A DNA stretch of 64,000 bases from the NCBI GenBank assembly GCA_040218735.1, contig JAVJQW010000050.1, positions 32,001-96,000 on the forward strand. The letters are read 5' to 3'. Positions 9,248 to 19,243 of the stretch are shown in pieces. The position numbers and the translations under genes are program-made. A model generated the notes under the pieces. The model saw nothing but the letters and a program-made list of their open reading frames with translations, searched no databases and was not told where the DNA came from. Each line of letters begins with the position of its first letter. Positions within the stretch are counted from its first letter, which is position 1. This DNA is from Deltaproteobacteria bacterium. GTDB taxonomy: Bacteria > Myxococcota > Kuafuiibacteriia > Kuafuiibacteriales > Kuafuiibacteriaceae.

Positions 9248-10083
9248 GCCTCGGCCGCCTTGGCCTCCTCCCAGCGCGCCTCGAGCTCGTCGAGCGAGGC
9301 CTCCTGCATCGGACGGCCCGCCGCCTTCATCGCGCGCTCCACGTGCTCGAAGCGCCGGCTGAAGCGATCCACGGTGCGGCGCAGCGCCTCCTCGGCGTTC
9401 ACGTCGACGAAGCGCGCGACGTTCACCATCGTGAACAACAGGTCGCCGAGCTCGTGCTCGATCTGCGCGGGGTCGTTCGAGGCGACCGCCGCCTTCAGCT
9501 CGGCGAGCTCCTCGTCGAGTTTGTCGATGGGGCCCGCGATCTTGTCCCAGTCGAACCCGACCTTGCTCGCCTTGTCCGTCACGCGCTGCGCGCGGAGGAG
9601 CGCGGGGAGCTGACGCGGCACGCCCGAGAGCACGGACTTGTCGCCCTTCTCCTTCGCCTTCATCTCCTCCCAGCGCTTGTAGGCGTGGTCGGCGTCGTGC
9701 GCGTCGCGATCGCCGAAGACGTGCGGGTGGCGGCGGACGAGCTTGTCGCTGATGCCGTTCACGACGTCGCGGACGTCGAAGTCACCGTCCTGCCGGCGCA
9801 CCTCGGACTGGAAGACGACCTGCAGCAGCAGGTCGCCGAGCTCCTCCGCGTGGGCCTTCGGGTCGCCGTCGTCGATCGCGTCGAGCACCTCGTAGGCCTC
9901 CTCGACCAGGAACGGCTTGAGCGACTCGAGGTCCTGCTCGCGGTCCCACGGGCACCCGTCCTCGCCGCGCAGCCGCGCCATGATCCCGACCAGGCGCTCG
10001 AAGGCCGCGCCGAACTGGTCGCGGTCCGCGTCGGGGGGCTCGGTGAGGCGGGCTTCGTCGGCGAGGGGCGCGGGGCGGCTCAT
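9232..10083 (-). CDS. mazG: Nucleoside triphosphate pyrophosphohydrolase MazG
   Basis: GCPWDREQ, EEAYE, EELGDLLLQ, KLVRRHPHVF, second ELGDLLF. Confidence 0.95.
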   Translation of the reverse strand: MSRPAPLADEARLTEPPDADRDQFGAAFERLVGIMARLRGEDGCPWDREQDLESLKPFLVEEAYEVLDAIDDGDPKAHAEELGDLLLQVVFQSEVRRQDGDFDVRDVVNGISDKLVRRHPHVFGDRDAHDADHAYKRWEEMKAKEKGDKSVLSGVPRQLPALLRAQRVTDKASKVGFDWDKIAGPIDKLDEELAELKAAVASNDPAQIEHELGDLLFTMVNVARFVDVNAEEALRRTVDRFSRRFEHVERAMKAAGRPMQEASLDELEARWEEAKAAEAQKIS

Positions 10084-10222
10084 CGGGCGCGGAGGCTACC
10101 GCAGTTCACCGGCCGCCCCGTGCACAAACTTTGTGCGTTTTGGTCGACGCCCAACGAATTTCAAAGTGTTGGCTCGGTCACACCCAGACTTGGGCACACG
10201 TTTTTCACAGCCGACCTACATT

Positions 10223-11830
10223 TCAAGTGGATCGGCGCGCGCGGCGCAGGACTGCCCCCAAGATCAGGGTGCCCTCCTCGATCCGCAGCACCTTCGCGAG
10301 CCCGAAGTACACGGGGATCGCGAACCCGAAGATCCCCGCGAGCCACAGCGCCCCCACGAGGTTGTCGCCGCCGAGCCAGCCTCGGGTCTGGGCCGCCCAC
10401 CCGGCCAGCACCGCGCCGGGGAGGACCGCCACGAAGCACTTGAGCGCGTGCACCGCGACGCTCGGCCCCTTCTTGGGCTCCGACCGCTCACCCACCGTGG
10501 TCCGCACGCGCGCCTTCAGGAGTGCTCCCAGGACGACGACCTGTGCGAGCGCCGCGAGGACGGTCGCGATCGTCAGCCCGTGGATCCCGTAGCGGTCCAT
10601 CGACCACCAGCCCACGGCCCCGGTCGTGACCATCGACGCGAGCGCCGCCGCCACCGGGGTCTTCGTGTCGCCGAGCGCGTAGTACGTCGGCACCATCACG
10701 CGCACCGCGCCGATCGGCACGAGCGCCGTCGCCATCAGCAACACGAGCTCGGCGGTCGTCGCCCCCGCCTGGGCCGTGACGCGCCCGTGCCTGAAGAGCA
10801 CACCGACGATCGGGGTCGCGGCCACGACCATGATCGTCGTCGCCGGCACCGTCACGAAGTTCGTCGCGCGCAGCGCGCGGTTGAAGGTGGCGAGGAGCTT
10901 GTCGACGTCCTTGTTCGCCGCGTGCTCCGAGAGCGTCGGCAGCGCGGCGATGCTGATGCTCACCGCGAAGACCCCCAGCGCGAACTCCTGAAGGCGCGTC
11001 GCCCAGAAGTAGCAGCTCAGGTCGCCCTCCGGCAGGAACGACGCGATCTGCCGGATGATGAGGATGTTGATCTGGTAGACCGCGACGCCGAACACCGCGG
11101 GGAGCATCCGGCGCCCGAGGGTCCGCAGCGTCGGGTGTTTCAGATCCAGCCGCGGCGCGACGATCATCCCCTCCTTCGCGAGGAAGGGCAGCTGGAGCGC
11201 GAGCTGGAGCGCGCCACCGACCAAGAACCCCCACGCGACCGCCTCCACCGGCACCTCGAACAAGTGCCGAAACACGATCGCCGCCACGATGATCGCGACG
11301 TTCAGGAGGATCGGCGCGGCGGCGGGCGCCGCGAAGCGGCCCTGGGTGTTCAGGACGCCGCTCGCCAGGGCCGTCAGGGAGATGAACCCCAAAAAGCCCA
11401 TCATGATGACGGTGAGGTCCGCCGTGAGGGCCGCGCGCTCGTCCTCGAACCCCGCCGCGAACAGCTTCACGGCCTGCTCCGGGAACAGCATCCCCACCGC
11501 GATCAGGACGAGCAGGATGGGGATCAGCACCGCCATCGTAGCGGCGGTGAAGGCCCGCATCGCGTCTAGGCCGCCCCGCTTCTTCTCCTCCGACAGCAGG
11601 GGGATGAAGGCGATCATCAGCGACCCCTCGGCCACCAGGCGCCGCATAAAGTTCGGCACCGTGCTCGCCATGATGTACGCGTCGTGCACGCCCTCGGCCC
11701 CGAAGATGTGCCCGAGCGTCGTGTCCCGGACGAACCCGAGGATCCGGGAGAGGAGCGTGAAGACGGCGACGATCCCCGCCCGACGCGCCATCGTGCGGCC
11801 CTCCGAGCGTCCCTTGTTGCCCTCCGTCAT
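10223..11830 (-). CDS. murJ: Lipid II flippase MurJ (MviN)
   Basis: SRILGFVRD, PNFMRRLVAEG, YYALGDTKTP, many TM helices. Confidence 0.95.
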   Translation of the reverse strand: MTEGNKGRSEGRTMARRAGIVAVFTLLSRILGFVRDTTLGHIFGAEGVHDAYIMASTVPNFMRRLVAEGSLMIAFIPLLSEEKKRGGLDAMRAFTAATMAVLIPILLVLIAVGMLFPEQAVKLFAAGFEDERAALTADLTVIMMGFLGFISLTALASGVLNTQGRFAAPAAAPILLNVAIIVAAIVFRHLFEVPVEAVAWGFLVGGALQLALQLPFLAKEGMIVAPRLDLKHPTLRTLGRRMLPAVFGVAVYQINILIIRQIASFLPEGDLSCYFWATRLQEFALGVFAVSISIAALPTLSEHAANKDVDKLLATFNRALRATNFVTVPATTIMVVAATPIVGVLFRHGRVTAQAGATTAELVLLMATALVPIGAVRVMVPTYYALGDTKTPVAAALASMVTTGAVGWWSMDRYGIHGLTIATVLAALAQVVVLGALLKARVRTTVGERSEPKKGPSVAVHALKCFVAVLPGAVLAGWAAQTRGWLGGDNLVGALWLAGIFGFAIPVYFGLAKVLRIEEGTLILGAVLRRARRST

Positions 11831-11861
11831 GCGGCCCCCTTCAAGCCACCGAAACTGTCGC

Positions 11862-11890
11862 TTGACAACCTCGACGGCGACCGATACCGA
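11862..11890 (+). promoter_or_regulatory. Sigma70-type promoter of rpsT
   Basis: Perfect TTGACA at 11862, 17-nt spacer, weak -10 (TACCGA). Confidence 0.4.
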
Positions 11891-11901
11891 CCACCCTCTC
11901 T

Positions 11902-12159
11902 ATGGCCAACCACGCATCTGCCAAGAAGCGGCATCGCCAGAACCTCAAGAAGAACGAGCGCAATTCCGCTGTCCGATCGCGGATGCGGAAGGCGATCAAG
12001 GAAGCCCGCGCCGCGGTCGACGCCAACGCGGACGACAAGGCCGCGCAGGTGCAGAAGGCCGTTCGCGAGGTCTACATCGCGTCCTCGAAGAACGTGATTC
12101 AGCCGGGCACCGCGAGCCGCAACGTCTCGCGCCTGATGAAGCTGGCCGCCGCTCGGTAG
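11902..12159 (+). CDS. rpsT: 30S ribosomal protein S20
   Basis: MANHASAKKRHRQ...ASRNVSRL. Confidence 0.96.
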   Translation: MANHASAKKRHRQNLKKNERNSAVRSRMRKAIKEARAAVDANADDKAAQVQKAVREVYIASSKNVIQPGTASRNVSRLMKLAAAR

Positions 12160-12187
12160 CGCCGGCCCCCGTACGCGGAGCCTCCCC

Positions 12188-13888
12188 GTGTCGCCCCCGC
12201 TCCCTAGCGGTGCGACGCCCTTCCAGGCGGACATCCTCGCGCTCCAGCTGGAGCTGTATCGCCACAACGAAGACACGATCAACGCCGCGGTCGACGGCTA
12301 CACGCCGCAGTTCGAGCGCTACGCCGCGCGGTACCGCCGGACGGTGCGAAAGGTCGACGGCCCCGCACGACTCGAGCGCCTGATCGAGGCAACCCACGAC
12401 GCTGACGTCACGCTCGTCGGCGACTACCACACCCTCTCGCAGTCCCAGCGCACCTTCTACCGGTTGCTGCGCCGCCAGCCCGAGGACGGCGCGGACATCG
12501 TCGTCGCGCTGGAGATGTTCCCCGCGAGCCACGACGAAAACCTCGCGAAGTTCGTAGCGGGCCGCATCCAGGAGAAGACGCTGCTCCGCCGCGTCGGGCA
12601 CGTCGACCGCTGGCCGTTCGGTTCGCTGCTCCCGCTGCGCCCCGTCTTCGAGCTGTGCCGGGAGCGAGGCTGGCGCGTCATCGGGATCGACACCGACAGC
12701 AGCGCCCCCCTCGACGAACGCGACGCCTTCGCGGCGGAGCGGATCGCCGACGCCCTCGCGGAGGGCGGACGAGCGTTCGTGCTCATCGGCGAGATGCACC
12801 TCGCGCCGGCGCACCTCCCGCGGTCGTTGAAACGAACGCTCCCGAAGAAGTGCCGCGTGCTGCGCGTCCACCAGAACCCGGAGCGAATCTGGTTCGACCA
12901 GGCCGCGCAGGGCGTCGTCGACGACCACGAGGTGCTGCGCATCGGGCCCGACGCCTTCGCGCTCCTCACCGCGTCGCCGGTGGTGTGTCAGCAGTCGTTC
13001 CTGACCTGGCTCGACCGCCTCCAGGACGGCGAGATCGAATCACCGCGTGCGCTCGACGCCGACGCCGCGGAGGACCTCTTCGTCCACGCCGCCAAGATGA
13101 TCGCGCGGGCGTTGGATCTGGGGCTCGGCGAAGCGCTCGACCACGTGGAGATCGTGGGCCCGAGCGACCTGCACTTCTTCGACCGGCTGTGCCGCTCCGG
13201 CATGTTCACGCGCCAGGAGGCGAAGCAGATCAAGGCGCACATCCTCGCGAGTGAGAGCTACTACATCCCGCGCGCCCGCCTCGTGTACCTCGCGACGTTC
13301 TCGATCAACCACGCCGCCGAGGAGGCCTCGCACTTCCTGCGGCACCACGTCAGCGGCGAGGGCCTCGAGGATCCGCAGGGGATGGTCGACGCCTTCTACG
13401 GACGCATCCTCAACGAGGCGATCGGCTTCATGGGCAGCAAACTCGTGAACCCCAAGCGCAAGTGCGTCCACGTCCGTGATCTGAAGAAGCTCGTCGCCGA
13501 CAGCGACGCGCCCCCCGCACCCCGCGGTCACCGGCGCCGCGCGCCGCGCCTCGCATCGACCGGCGGCCACGAGGCCGGCGGCCTCTCCGCCATGGACATC
13601 GAGACGGCGCAGTACGTCGTCGCGCACAAACGGATGGAGCGCGGCACCAAGGTCCCGTGGCTCGCGCAGGTCTTCGACAGCGACGCACAGCTCTTCAACG
13701 CCGTCACCCACGCGCTCGGCTACATCCTCGGCGACCAGCTCTATTACGCGCTCGTCCGCGGCGTCCTCACGAAGGATGACGCCCGACGCCTCTACGCCGA
13801 GCCGTTCGAAGAGGACGGCGCGGCGCTCATGCTCTACTTCGAGCTCGCCACCCGTCTACGCAACGTCCGCATACCGCAACGAACTTGA
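12188..13888 (+). CDS. ChaN/EreA-like domain protein with C-terminal extension
   Basis: LVGDYH, VALEMF and IGEMHL motifs of the ChaN/TIKI/EreA fold; no signal peptide. Confidence 0.7.
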   Translation: MSPPLPSGATPFQADILALQLELYRHNEDTINAAVDGYTPQFERYAARYRRTVRKVDGPARLERLIEATHDADVTLVGDYHTLSQSQRTFYRLLRRQPEDGADIVVALEMFPASHDENLAKFVAGRIQEKTLLRRVGHVDRWPFGSLLPLRPVFELCRERGWRVIGIDTDSSAPLDERDAFAAERIADALAEGGRAFVLIGEMHLAPAHLPRSLKRTLPKKCRVLRVHQNPERIWFDQAAQGVVDDHEVLRIGPDAFALLTASPVVCQQSFLTWLDRLQDGEIESPRALDADAAEDLFVHAAKMIARALDLGLGEALDHVEIVGPSDLHFFDRLCRSGMFTRQEAKQIKAHILASESYYIPRARLVYLATFSINHAAEEASHFLRHHVSGEGLEDPQGMVDAFYGRILNEAIGFMGSKLVNPKRKCVHVRDLKKLVADSDAPPAPRGHRRRAPRLASTGGHEAGGLSAMDIETAQYVVAHKRMERGTKVPWLAQVFDSDAQLFNAVTHALGYILGDQLYYALVRGVLTKDDARRLYAEPFEEDGAALMLYFELATRLRNVRIPQRT

Positions 13889-13934
13889 TTCACTCCATTT
13901 GTGAACGGGCCGGAAGGTGCGATTCTGAGTGGTG

Positions 13935-15389
13935 ATGAGGAATCGACCCAGGCTCGTCGTCCTGCTGCTCGCCGGAGCCGTCAGCTGCGCGGGCGGCGCA
14001 GGTGACGACATCGTCCCGCCACCGCGCGACGGCGGGTTCGTCCGTGACTCGGGCGTCATCCGCGACGCGGGCCCGGGGCGCGACGCCGGATTCAGGGACT
14101 CCGGCCGGCGACCGCGCGACGCCGGGTTCAGGGACGGCGGCCCCGGGCGCGACGGCGGCCCCGGGCGCGACGGCGGCTTCGCGTGCACGCCACCGCTCAT
14201 CGAGTGCAACTCGACTTGCGTCGACCCGTTCGCGGACCCGCTGCACTGCGGCGCCTGCGACACGACGTGCACCGCCCCCGACACCTGCCTGGTCGGGGTC
14301 TGCAGCGGCCCCCCGCTCGAGATCACGACGAGCGTCGCACCGCAGCTCATCGGCTCGGGCTGCAACGGCGCGGAGTCCCAAGCGGACACGGTTGCGATCG
14401 ATCCCGCGCACAACCTCTACGTCGCGATGCTGTGCGGGAACCGTGACGCACGCGTCGCGCGGAGCACCAACGGAGGCGTCTCGTACTCGCCAGCGGTCCC
14501 GATCGGTTTCGGCGAATCGAAGCAGGTGACGATCGTCGCCGACGGCCCCGGCGTATTACACGCGTTCGCGCAGACGACCACCAACAGCCTCCTCTACGCG
14601 CGCAGCTTCGACTTCGGCGCCACGTGGAGCGCGCCGCGTATCATCGACGGCGGTCCGATCAACTTCGGGTTCAACAGCCTCCGCGTGAACGCCGTCGCGC
14701 GCCGTGGCTACGTCGCCTCTTCGGTGATGGTCTTCGGCAACGCGATGCTGCGGGTGTACCGCAACGAGGCGTCGGGCTCCGGAGCCTTCCTGCGGACGGA
14801 AATCGGGTTCGGTTCGTGGGGCGGAAACCTAGCGCTGGATCCGGTGAACGACGACGTCCTCCTCCTGGTCGAGAGCATCGAGGAGGCGCGCGTGTACCGG
14901 AGCACGGACCGCGGCGCGTCGTTCGCGCCGATCTTCACGTCGGGCCCGCTCGCCACGGCGCCGGAGTACGTGTGGTCGCCGCCCTACGCCATCGCCGCAT
15001 GCTCCATCTACATGTTCGGGATGAAGGAACAACCGCCCTGCTTCTTTCGGCTGGACACGACGACGATGCAGTCGGCGCCCGTCGCGATTCCGACCGGGTA
15101 CATCGGCGTCTACTCACTCGGGTACGGCAGCGTGGCGCTCGGGAGCGACGGCACCGCCTATGTCGCGCTGGACGAAGGTACGGATCCGGTGGGGCCGAAG
15201 ACCGGGATGGCGATCGGGCGAATCGCTCCGGGCGCGACCGCGATCTCGGACGTCCGAATCATGACGCGCGACTACCCGACCGACCTCGAAGTGAGCACGA
15301 TCGACATGAAGATCGTCCCGGGCACGTCGGCGGCGGTCCTCACGTTCACGACCAACGCCGGGGTCTGGGCGGCGGTCGAAGTCTTCTGA
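13935..15389 (+). CDS. Lipoprotein with RDxG repeats, Cys-rich motif and BNR/Asp-box (sialidase-like) propeller
   Basis: Lipobox AVSC; CVDPFADPLHCGAC; Asp-boxes STNGGVSY, SFDFGATW, STDRGASF. Confidence 0.75.
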   Translation: MRNRPRLVVLLLAGAVSCAGGAGDDIVPPPRDGGFVRDSGVIRDAGPGRDAGFRDSGRRPRDAGFRDGGPGRDGGPGRDGGFACTPPLIECNSTCVDPFADPLHCGACDTTCTAPDTCLVGVCSGPPLEITTSVAPQLIGSGCNGAESQADTVAIDPAHNLYVAMLCGNRDARVARSTNGGVSYSPAVPIGFGESKQVTIVADGPGVLHAFAQTTTNSLLYARSFDFGATWSAPRIIDGGPINFGFNSLRVNAVARRGYVASSVMVFGNAMLRVYRNEASGSGAFLRTEIGFGSWGGNLALDPVNDDVLLLVESIEEARVYRSTDRGASFAPIFTSGPLATAPEYVWSPPYAIAACSIYMFGMKEQPPCFFRLDTTTMQSAPVAIPTGYIGVYSLGYGSVALGSDGTAYVALDEGTDPVGPKTGMAIGRIAPGATAISDVRIMTRDYPTDLEVSTIDMKIVPGTSAAVLTFTTNAGVWAAVEVF

Positions 15390-15390
15390 T

Positions 15391-18300
15391 TCAGGGGCTG
15401 CGGTAGGCGATCCGAACCGCGAGCCGATCCAAACGCACCGACGGCGAGTGGCCGGCGCCGAGGCTGGCGTTCGGTGTGATCGCCACGTCGAGGCTGGGCT
15501 CGAGCGAACGCACGAGCGCCGCGGCGTCGCTCCCCGACGCCGAGGCTTCGAAGCGCGCGGGCGCGTCGGTCGTCGCGGCATCACCCCCGAGGGATCGCCA
15601 CGCTCCGCGCTGGTGATCCCAGACGCGTGACGCCACGCCCTCGACGGTCGCGCCCCCCACCGCTTCGAAGCCACGTCCACCGGCGGCAGCCTCGACGGTC
15701 ACGCCGACGACGGTCCCGCGGACCGCGGCGCGCGCGAGGTCGAACCGCACCGTGACCGCGGGGCGGTTGTCGGGGTCGACGTCGAGGACCCTCAGGTTGC
15801 CCGCCCCCACTTGGCTCGGGTTGGCGATGGGCGCCATGATGCGCTTGCGCCGCGGGTCGTACGCGGGTTCGAGGGCGGCAAATCCCGTCGGTTTGGCGCC
15901 GACGGTGGCGCGGGGTTCGAAGACGAACGCCCGCAGCTCGTACAGGTCGGCTTCGACCCCGTCGAAGCCCGCTCGGTAGGTCTTGTCGCGGAGCGGATCG
16001 CGAAAGCCGACGCCCCACCCCGTCCACGGCACCAACAGCGGCTGCTGCGTCCACACGCCGGACTGGAAGACGTTCCAGAACCCGTCGAGCCCGACGTAGG
16101 TCGTCGTCAGGAAGCGGTTCGGCGTCGGCTCGTACAACAACGTGCTTTCGCCCGTCGGTTCGTCGCCGGACCAGATCAACTGCCACCGGACCCCGTTCCA
16201 GCTCCAGAGTGCCCCACCGACCCCACCGCTGGCCGTAAACGTCTCGAACGCGAGCGCGACGACCTCCTGCCGGCTCGTGTCGAAGGCCAAGATGTTCCCG
16301 GCGATGCCCGCCGGGCCCGGATCCGGGTCCTCGACGTAGCGCCACGCGCGACCGTCGTGGAGGAACAGGCCGACCAGCGACTCCGCGATTTTCGCGAACA
16401 TGACGGCCTCGCCGCGCACCGGGTCGTACACCATCGCGGACGGCTGCCCGATCGTCGGCTCGACCGACACAAGGCGCCAACCTCCATCGTCCCAGGTCCA
16501 CGTCTCGCCCACGTTTGCGGGCGGCACGTAGCTCGTATGCACGAGCACGGCGTCGAGCCCCGCGTGATACGTCGCGGAAGCGCCGTTGCCCGGCTCGAAG
16601 GCCGTGGTGAGGCGTGCGTCGGACGGCGTGCGATCGAACCACCCCTGTTCGGAGACACGCCACGTCTTCGACGGCGCCGCGGCCGCTCCGAGGGCCGCGC
16701 CGCTCACGACGATCACGTCGTCGAGCGCACCGTGCGTCGCGGCGACGATCCCCGACCCGCTCGGCGTCCCCGCCTGCGTCGCCGTCTGCGTCCAGCCCGT
16801 CCCGTCCCACCACCACGCGTCGTCGAGCCCCGGCTCCGCGAGGCAGCGCTGGTTCGGCTCCGAGGTGACGCCGCCGAGCACACCGACCGCGCCCGACTCG
16901 GGGTCGTAGACCATCGTGTGGCACGCGCGCGCGGACGGCCACGGCGTCGTCCGCGGCACCTCGCTCCAGGCTGCGCCGTCCCAGACCCACAGATCGTCGA
17001 GGGCGGCGCGGCCGCGCGCCGAAGTAATGCCGCCGAACATCACCACGCCCAGCCCCGGCGCGTAGACCATCGCGTGACGATCGCGCGCCGGCGGCGCATT
17101 CGCCTCGGTGCGGTCGACCCAGCGCAGGGTCGGCGTCGTCGTCGACGCGCTGACCTCCAACGTCCACGTGTCCGCGAGCCCCGTACCGAACTGCCCCGCA
17201 GCCGCGAGCGAAGACTCGTTCCCTCCGAACACGACGAGCGCGCCGACGGCTTCGTCGTACGCGACGGCGTGCCCGTTGCGGCTCGGCGGCTCGGCCCCCG
17301 GCGCGACGCCGATCTCACCCCAGCGCTCGCCGCTCCAGCCGTACGCGACGAGCCGATCGACGCTCCCCGGACCGAGCGGCGGGGGCTGGTCGGGGACGAG
17401 GCGTCGGCACACGAGCACGCTCCGCCCGTAACGTCCGTGGAACGCGAAGTGCCCGAAGGCTTCCTCACCGTCCAGGCTCCCATCCTGACACCGCGGCGCC
17501 GCGCCGCTCGTCACGAACGTCGTCCACGTACGGCCGTCGAACTCCCACGTCTCGTTGCGGACCTCGTCGCCAAAGCGTCCGCCGAGGAGCACCGTGCGTG
17601 CGCGCGCCGCATCGTACGCGGTGCCCGCGAACCGGACCTCGTCGGGGAGCGGCGTCCGCGCCGCCGCTATCTCCGTCCACCGCAGCGGATGGTCGACGAC
17701 GGGACCCACGCCGTCCTCCAGCGCGAGCCCCGTGCCGTCGCCCACGGGTGTGACGCCTGCGAAGTCCCGGCGGAGCGAACGCGGTAATCTCTCCATCGCG
17801 TAGACCTCGGTCGGCGGGCCCGCGCCCTCGACCGCGGCCGGCACGGTGAGCACCGTGTTGCGCACGCGCGCCGCCGTCCCGTTGGCGTCGTGCAAGTTGC
17901 CCGACGGGTCGACGAGGAGGACGTAGACCTCGGCGCGATCGAACGGCGCGAGCGCGACCTCGAAGCTGCCGTCGGCGAGCGCCACCGCGACGCCGGCGCG
18001 ATTCGCCCGCTCGACGCCATCCACCAGCGCTCGGGCCGCGTCGTAGACCACCACCCGCGTGCCGGGCTCGACGGTACCCGCCGAGCCGCGCACGACGTAG
18101 CGAGGCGCCGGATCGTCGAACGTCCCCCAGGGCGCGCGCTCGTAGACGATGCGCTCGGCGTCGTCCACGTCCGGCGCCGCGGGTGGGACGTCGTCCACCT
18201 CGTACTCGAGGCTCGGCGACGCAAACGGCGAAGCGTTGCCGGCGGCGTCCCTACCCGTGACGAGCGGTCGCTGGACGCCAGGCGGATCGTCGCCGACCGT

Positions 18301-19197
18301 CCTTTCGAAGATCCACGCGCCGAACTCGGTGGTCACGTAGTCGAACGGGAGCTCCGAGCCCGCGAGTCGAACCGTCGGGGTAGACGTGACGGTCTCGTTG
18401 AACGTGAACGTGAGCCGGACCGTCGTGCCGACGCCGGCGGCGGTCGGCACCACGATCGCCCCCGGCGCTTCGAACGCGACGGACGCGGATCCGCCGAGCA
18501 CCGCGGGCGGCGTCGTGTCGAGCACGATGGTGGTGGAGGTGCTGCTCGACGTGTAGCCGGCGTCGTCGATCAGTCGCACGAACACCGCGCGGGTCCCGTC
18601 GGCGCAGCCGCCGGTGTTCTCGCAGTCGAGCTCCAGATCGTACGGCACTTCGTGGACGCGGGCGTCGGGCTGGAGCGCCACCCTCGCGCGACGGAACGAC
18701 AGGCTCGGGTCCTGCGCCACGACCGCTTCGACCACCCGCGCGCGGTCCGCCTCGATGCGCAGCGTGAGCTGCGAGCTCGCGACGGCCCCGCCGCTGACGT
18801 CTGCGACGGACAACGCCGTGATGCGCGGTACACGACGGAGCGGGATCGCGACGTTCACCCGGATGGACCGACCGACGATCAAGTCGAACGGTTCCGACAC
18901 GCCGTAGGCGATCACCGCGGACGTCTCGGCCGAAGCCCCGTCGCGCACTTCGAGCCGCGCGACCCTCCCCTCGCCGTGCGCGATCGACAGCTGAATCGGC
19001 GCGTCGACGGAGGCCTCGCGCACGGCCCCGCCGAGGACCGCTCCGCTCGGGTCACGGACCTGCGTGTGGAAGTAGAGTCCGGTGAGATCGTCGGGGAGCT
19101 CGCCGCCGATCGAAAACGACAGCGACACCACGCCCTCGCTACGACAGCCCAACGTCGCCGTGAAGGCGAGCGCGGCGAGGAGCACCCCGCGAGACAC
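15391..19197 (-). CDS. Large lipoprotein with Ig-like domains and Kelch-like beta-propeller repeats
   Basis: Lipobox TLGC; DTTPP Ig boundaries; repeated AYD...LFGG...DTWxWDG units. Confidence 0.8.
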   Translation of the reverse strand: MSRGVLLAALAFTATLGCRSEGVVSLSFSIGGELPDDLTGLYFHTQVRDPSGAVLGGAVREASVDAPIQLSIAHGEGRVARLEVRDGASAETSAVIAYGVSEPFDLIVGRSIRVNVAIPLRRVPRITALSVADVSGGAVASSQLTLRIEADRARVVEAVVAQDPSLSFRRARVALQPDARVHEVPYDLELDCENTGGCADGTRAVFVRLIDDAGYTSSSTSTTIVLDTTPPAVLGGSASVAFEAPGAIVVPTAAGVGTTVRLTFTFNETVTSTPTVRLAGSELPFDYVTTEFGAWIFERTVGDDPPGVQRPLVTGRDAAGNASPFASPSLEYEVDDVPPAAPDVDDAERIVYERAPWGTFDDPAPRYVVRGSAGTVEPGTRVVVYDAARALVDGVERANRAGVAVALADGSFEVALAPFDRAEVYVLLVDPSGNLHDANGTAARVRNTVLTVPAAVEGAGPPTEVYAMERLPRSLRRDFAGVTPVGDGTGLALEDGVGPVVDHPLRWTEIAAARTPLPDEVRFAGTAYDAARARTVLLGGRFGDEVRNETWEFDGRTWTTFVTSGAAPRCQDGSLDGEEAFGHFAFHGRYGRSVLVCRRLVPDQPPPLGPGSVDRLVAYGWSGERWGEIGVAPGAEPPSRNGHAVAYDEAVGALVVFGGNESSLAAAGQFGTGLADTWTLEVSASTTTPTLRWVDRTEANAPPARDRHAMVYAPGLGVVMFGGITSARGRAALDDLWVWDGAAWSEVPRTTPWPSARACHTMVYDPESGAVGVLGGVTSEPNQRCLAEPGLDDAWWWDGTGWTQTATQAGTPSGSGIVAATHGALDDVIVVSGAALGAAAAPSKTWRVSEQGWFDRTPSDARLTTAFEPGNGASATYHAGLDAVLVHTSYVPPANVGETWTWDDGGWRLVSVEPTIGQPSAMVYDPVRGEAVMFAKIAESLVGLFLHDGRAWRYVEDPDPGPAGIAGNILAFDTSRQEVVALAFETFTASGGVGGALWSWNGVRWQLIWSGDEPTGESTLLYEPTPNRFLTTTYVGLDGFWNVFQSGVWTQQPLLVPWTGWGVGFRDPLRDKTYRAGFDGVEADLYELRAFVFEPRATVGAKPTGFAALEPAYDPRRKRIMAPIANPSQVGAGNLRVLDVDPDNRPAVTVRFDLARAAVRGTVVGVTVEAAAGGRGFEAVGGATVEGVASRVWDHQRGAWRSLGGDAATTDAPARFEASASGSDAAALVRSLEPSLDVAITPNASLGAGHSPSVRLDRLAVRIAYRSP

Positions 19198-19243
19198 CGC
19201 CCCAAGTCTTAACGCGCAGCCCAGGTGACGCCAAGCCGTCGCC

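Noticed and set aside
9232-10083. mazG as an anti-phage or toxin-antitoxin component
   Set aside because: Full-length two-domain housekeeping type next to murJ/rpsT, with no defence genes nearby.
11865-11887. ACAA...ACCGATAC upstream of rpsT as a fourth sigma28 promoter
   Set aside because: The spacer is only 11 nt, and a perfect TTGACA indicates a sigma70 promoter.
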